Shown here: positions 60,766-64,000 of the stretch, in pieces | Numbering within the stretch: position 1 is the first letter of the stretch | Layout: the number at the start of each line of letters is the position of its first letter | Assembly (NCBI GenBank): GCA_902572825.1 | Contig: CACGHD010000003.1 | Span: 5,238-69,237, forward strand | DNA: 64,000 bases | Direction of reading: 5' to 3' | Source of the DNA: an uncultured Prochlorococcus sp. | Lineage (GTDB): Bacteria; Cyanobacteriota; Cyanobacteriia; PCC-6307; Cyanobiaceae | The notes under the pieces: generated by a model | Databases searched by the model: none | Told to the model about the DNA's origin: nothing | Seen by the model: only the letters and a program-made list of their open reading frames with translations | Translations under genes and position numbers: made by a program

Positions 60766-61919
60766 AAATGAAAACACTTCAAGAGGTATTAACTTTCTTT
60801 TTTAAGAAATGGAAAACCAAGGTTAAAGGATTTTCAAAAAATAATAAAAATGTTGAATTAACTAAAAATAAGAACCAACAAATTTTTGATTTTCCATTTG
60901 ATAAAGTTAAACCACAGCAAATTTTGTCTTGGTTAGATTATTCATCTCAAGGATGGATGATTTTGTCATCTGATCTAACAATAAAATTTATCAATCAGAA
61001 AGCTTTATCTCATATTAAGTTTATTAAATATAAAGATGTTATTGGAAAAGCAATTAATGATATTAATGAGCTCGACGTTGTAAGAAATAAAATTCTATAT
61101 TCAAGAAAAAAAGATTTCCCAATCAGCCTAGATTGCACCATTTCGGGGGAACCCATTTCTTTAAATATTGTTAGAGCGAGGAAAAAAAATTATTTAATAT
61201 TGTTGGAGAGTAAGTTATCAATTGAATCCTTAAAAAAAAGACAGAATCAATTAATCAATGATGTGTCTCATGAACTGAAAACCCCTCTTACATCTCTTAT
61301 TTTAATAGGCGAAAGACTGGAAGCCGTAGTATCAAAGAAAGATAGATATCTTGTTAAAAGACTTAAGAAAGAATCTAAAAGATTAAGAAAAATGGTCGAA
61401 GAAACTTTAGAACTTTCTAAGCTGGAAAGTAAAGAAACTTTTCAAGAAAATAAAAAAGTATCTATTTCAGATTTAGTGATGGAATCTTGGCAAACCTTAA
61501 AACCACTTGCAGAAAAGAAAGATGTAAAAATAAATTTACTGATACCAACAAAATATTTTATATCTGGAGATATTGAAAATTTAAAAAGAGCTTTTATAAA
61601 TATTTTGGATAATGCTATTCGTTATTCCCCAATTAATGAAATAATTCAAATTGAAATTTTTAAAAGAGATAGTTCTGTAGTTATAAGAGTTAGAGATAAA
61701 GGTATTGGATTAGAAGAGAACGAATTTAATGATATTTTTTCTCGTTTTTATAGAGGTGATCCATCAAGGACTAAAATCAAGAAAAGTGGTAGTGGTTTAG
61801 GTCTTTCAATAACAAAAAAAATAATTAATAACAATAAAGGTTTTATAAAGGCTTTTAATCATAAGGATGGTGGAGCAATTTTTGAAACCATCTTTCCCTG
61901 TCTTAATACAGATTTATAG
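60762..61919 (+). CDS. phoR: Phosphate sensor histidine kinase
   Basis: SHELKTPL, NILDNAIRYS, DKGIG, GSGLGL. Confidence 0.9.
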   Translation: MKMKTLQEVLTFFFKKWKTKVKGFSKNNKNVELTKNKNQQIFDFPFDKVKPQQILSWLDYSSQGWMILSSDLTIKFINQKALSHIKFIKYKDVIGKAINDINELDVVRNKILYSRKKDFPISLDCTISGEPISLNIVRARKKNYLILLESKLSIESLKKRQNQLINDVSHELKTPLTSLILIGERLEAVVSKKDRYLVKRLKKESKRLRKMVEETLELSKLESKETFQENKKVSISDLVMESWQTLKPLAEKKDVKINLLIPTKYFISGDIENLKRAFINILDNAIRYSPINEIIQIEIFKRDSSVVIRVRDKGIGLEENEFNDIFSRFYRGDPSRTKIKKSGSGLGLSITKKIINNNKGFIKAFNHKDGGAIFETIFPCLNTDL

Positions 61920-61940
61920 GAAAAATTAAAAAGTTAAGAA

Positions 61941-61969
61941 AAAAAGACCTGCTTAACGCAGGTCTTTTT
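61941..61969. terminator. Bidirectional terminator between phoR and porin
   Basis: AAAAAGACCTGC-TTAAC-GCAGGTCTTTTT. Confidence 0.85.
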
Positions 61970-62002
61970 GATGTGTGTATGATTTCTAAATTAAATTTAG
62001 AT

Positions 62003-63214
62003 TTAGAACTTGAATTGTGATTTAACCATAATTCCTGTTTCATCCAAATCTTCTGAGTTACTAGGGTCAGCTTCAATAGAATAAATAAGTGGAGTGATTG
62101 TAATTCCATCATTTACTGCGTATGAATAATAAACTTCATACATCATCCTTTCAGGTATTGCACCACCGGATTCAGTCATTGATCCATAAGTACCTATAGC
62201 AGCACCTAGTTCTCCTGGTCCAACATCACCATTTATCCCAACGAAGAATGCTTCTGTTTCGTTTTGAGCTGGTGCTTGATTATCAAGTTCACCGGTTTCA
62301 TAACCAGCACTGATGTTTACACCGTTATCAAATGAATAAAAACCATTAAGTGCTGTGTATGTATTGTTGTTAACAGCACCATCTTCGACTATTCCGTAAG
62401 TAAGAGATACACCATAGTTATCAGCTATATATGCTGCGTTGAGGCCGTAACCATCTTGACCTTCCTCAGTCATAAGGCCATCTGCCTCGTCACCTGCATA
62501 ACCAAGAGCAGCAGTAAAGCCGTTGCCAAAGTCATACTCAAAACTAAGGTGTGCACCACCCTCATCAACAGCTGCATTTGGAGCTCCACAATCATCTAGA
62601 GTGTCACCTGGACCGCCGTAAGCGCATGCAAATGTGAACTGTTTGCTTGCGTCAAGGCCGTCACCAACCAAAACAGTGATGTTATCACCTAGTGGAAATT
62701 TGTATCCAATACCATCAACTTTTAGATTATCTGATGTTTCATCCATGCCCGCAATTTCATCAAGTGCGTGAATAGAGTTTTTTGTCGCTGAACCGGAGTC
62801 GATAGCAATACTTAAACTATCATCACCAGTAAAACTAGTTTTTAGTTTGGTTTGGAAGCTATATGCGAATTCGAGGTCTTCATTACCATCGGTAAGTCCA
62901 GTAGTGACACTTTGGCCATCAACAGCACCGAGTCCAAAGATGGCTTTAAATGATGCAGTAGTTGTATCTGAGAAACCGCCGGCTTCAAATTCATTTTGTT
63001 TAACCTCAAGACCATCTACACGGCCCTTAAGATTTGCAATGTCTTCACTAACTTGGTTAATGAATGTTTTACTGTCAATTCTTGAAGATTTTTTGGGACT
63101 ACGAACGTAGCCACTCATTTCTTCAACATTGACTATATCGGAAGCTTGAGCAGACAAAGGAACTAATAGTCCTAATGTTGCAGGAGCCACAAGTAAGCTT
63201 TTAAAAAGTTTCAT
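62003..63214 (-). CDS. Outer-membrane porin (Som/PhoE-like); likely start MKLFKSLL
   Basis: Signal peptide, coiled coil LKGRVDGLE, FSDTT, terminal KSQFKF. Confidence 0.9.
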   Translation of the reverse strand: MKLFKSLLVAPATLGLLVPLSAQASDIVNVEEMSGYVRSPKKSSRIDSKTFINQVSEDIANLKGRVDGLEVKQNEFEAGGFSDTTTASFKAIFGLGAVDGQSVTTGLTDGNEDLEFAYSFQTKLKTSFTGDDSLSIAIDSGSATKNSIHALDEIAGMDETSDNLKVDGIGYKFPLGDNITVLVGDGLDASKQFTFACAYGGPGDTLDDCGAPNAAVDEGGAHLSFEYDFGNGFTAALGYAGDEADGLMTEEGQDGYGLNAAYIADNYGVSLTYGIVEDGAVNNNTYTALNGFYSFDNGVNISAGYETGELDNQAPAQNETEAFFVGINGDVGPGELGAAIGTYGSMTESGGAIPERMMYEVYYSYAVNDGITITPLIYSIEADPSNSEDLDETGIMVKSQFKF

Positions 63215-63265
63215 GAACCTCACACGTAAAAATGGATATATATCCATGCGTATGTAAACGCATTA

Positions 63266-63466
63266 AGGTTAAGAAATGAGTAAGAATTAAAGTTAAAAAG
63301 AAAAATTTAACTTAACCTTAAACTCCCCTTAAATTAACGGAAAATTTTCTACAAATTTCAAAATTTTTATTAAAAAAAGTTAAAAATAAATCTAATTTTC
63401 TTATTAAATATTTTCAAAATAGAACGAAAATGATCTAATCAAGATTTAGTTTAAGAGAGGGTTAAG
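63266..63466. promoter_or_regulatory. Pho boxes in the porin/pstS divergent region
   Basis: CTTAACCT at 63311 (+) and 63266-63273 (-); AGTTTAAG/GGGTTAAG at 63448/63459 with 11-bp period. Confidence 0.75.
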
Positions 63467-63561
63467 AACTAATTAATTAATGGATAAACTTTTCTTTAAA
63501 AAATATTTGTGTACAAATTCAATGCTATAAATATGGAGTCTATCATTTGATCATTTAAACA

Positions 63562-64000
63562 ATGAAATTAGCTAAAAAAGCTCTTTTATTAGCTTCAACA
63601 ATGACTCTGGTTGCTTCTTGCGGAACCTCTACTTCTTCAGTGAGGTTAAGTGGAGCTGGAGCATCTTTCCCTGCCAAGATTTACACTAGATGGTTCAAAG
63701 ATTTATCAAATGATGGAGGTCCAAAAGTAAATTATCAAGCTGTTGGTTCTGGTTCTGGAAGAAAAGCATTTATTGATGAGACTGTAAACTTTGGTGCTTC
63801 TGACGATCCTATGAAAGACAAGGATATAGCAAAAGTTACTAGAGGTTTAGTTCAGATACCTATGGTTGGTGGAACTATCGCTTTTGGTTATAACTACGAT
63901 TGCGATTTGAAACTTACTCAAGAGCAGGCAGTACAAGTTGCAATGGGTATGATAAGCGATTGGCAGGAAGTTGGATGCGCTCCTGGAAAATTGACTTGGA
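63562..64000 (+). CDS. pstS: Phosphate ABC substrate-binding lipoprotein (runs off the window)
   Basis: MKLAKK..VASC lipobox; SGAGASFP; YQAVGSGSG; FGASD. Confidence 0.95.
   Translation, partial: MKLAKKALLLASTMTLVASCGTSTSSVRLSGAGASFPAKIYTRWFKDLSNDGGPKVNYQAVGSGSGRKAFIDETVNFGASDDPMKDKDIAKVTRGLVQIPMVGGTIAFGYNYDCDLKLTQEQAVQVAMGMISDWQEVGCAPGKLTW

Noticed and set aside
59085-63110. ORFs 59085, 59547, 60486, 61903 and 62847
   Set aside because: Overlap the K+ channel, cytochrome, phoB or porin genes in other frames or strands

Overview
AT-rich picocyanobacterial DNA; gene content and order point to high-light Prochlorococcus. (1) 1-~20.7 kb is a genomic island at a tRNA-Ser(TGA) hotspot. It has two clear and one eroded 5'-half tRNA-Ser att remnants, and a tycheposon/satellite-like end module (multi-hairpin leader, excisionase-like HTH, AAA_25 helicase); no integrase lies in the window. 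The first element carries a sigma-like protein, a membrane-anchored DUF1822-like anti-sigma candidate, an exported TPR-CHAT (caspase-like) protease, a MoxR-like AAA plus HEXXH/vWA pair, a TPR-sigma4 fusion and six divergent TPR paralogues. Seven copies of a bipartite motif (G/A)GAATCA-N14/15-(A/G)ACTAT sit in sense orientation 23-36 nt upstream of these cargo genes. This suggests a self-contained, protease-gated alternative-sigma regulon on a mobile element, which is the main finding (function inferred). A second segment carries dioxygenase, methyltransferase and SGNH genes. (2) ~21-46 kb is core genome (glutamine riboswitch/DUF4278, nrdJ, prfC, hslO, rsmE, phnCDE-like, ispG, ctpA, nadA, aroB, purK, 6S RNA). 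(3) ~46-58 kb is a variable small-gene region with LexA-box promoters, a truncated NAD-dependent ligase, an hli-like gene and a DnaA-box cluster. (4) 58-64 kb holds a K+ channel, cytochrome c6-like gene, phoB-phoR, a porin and the start of pstS with Pho boxes. All family calls are motif recognition by eye, not database searches.
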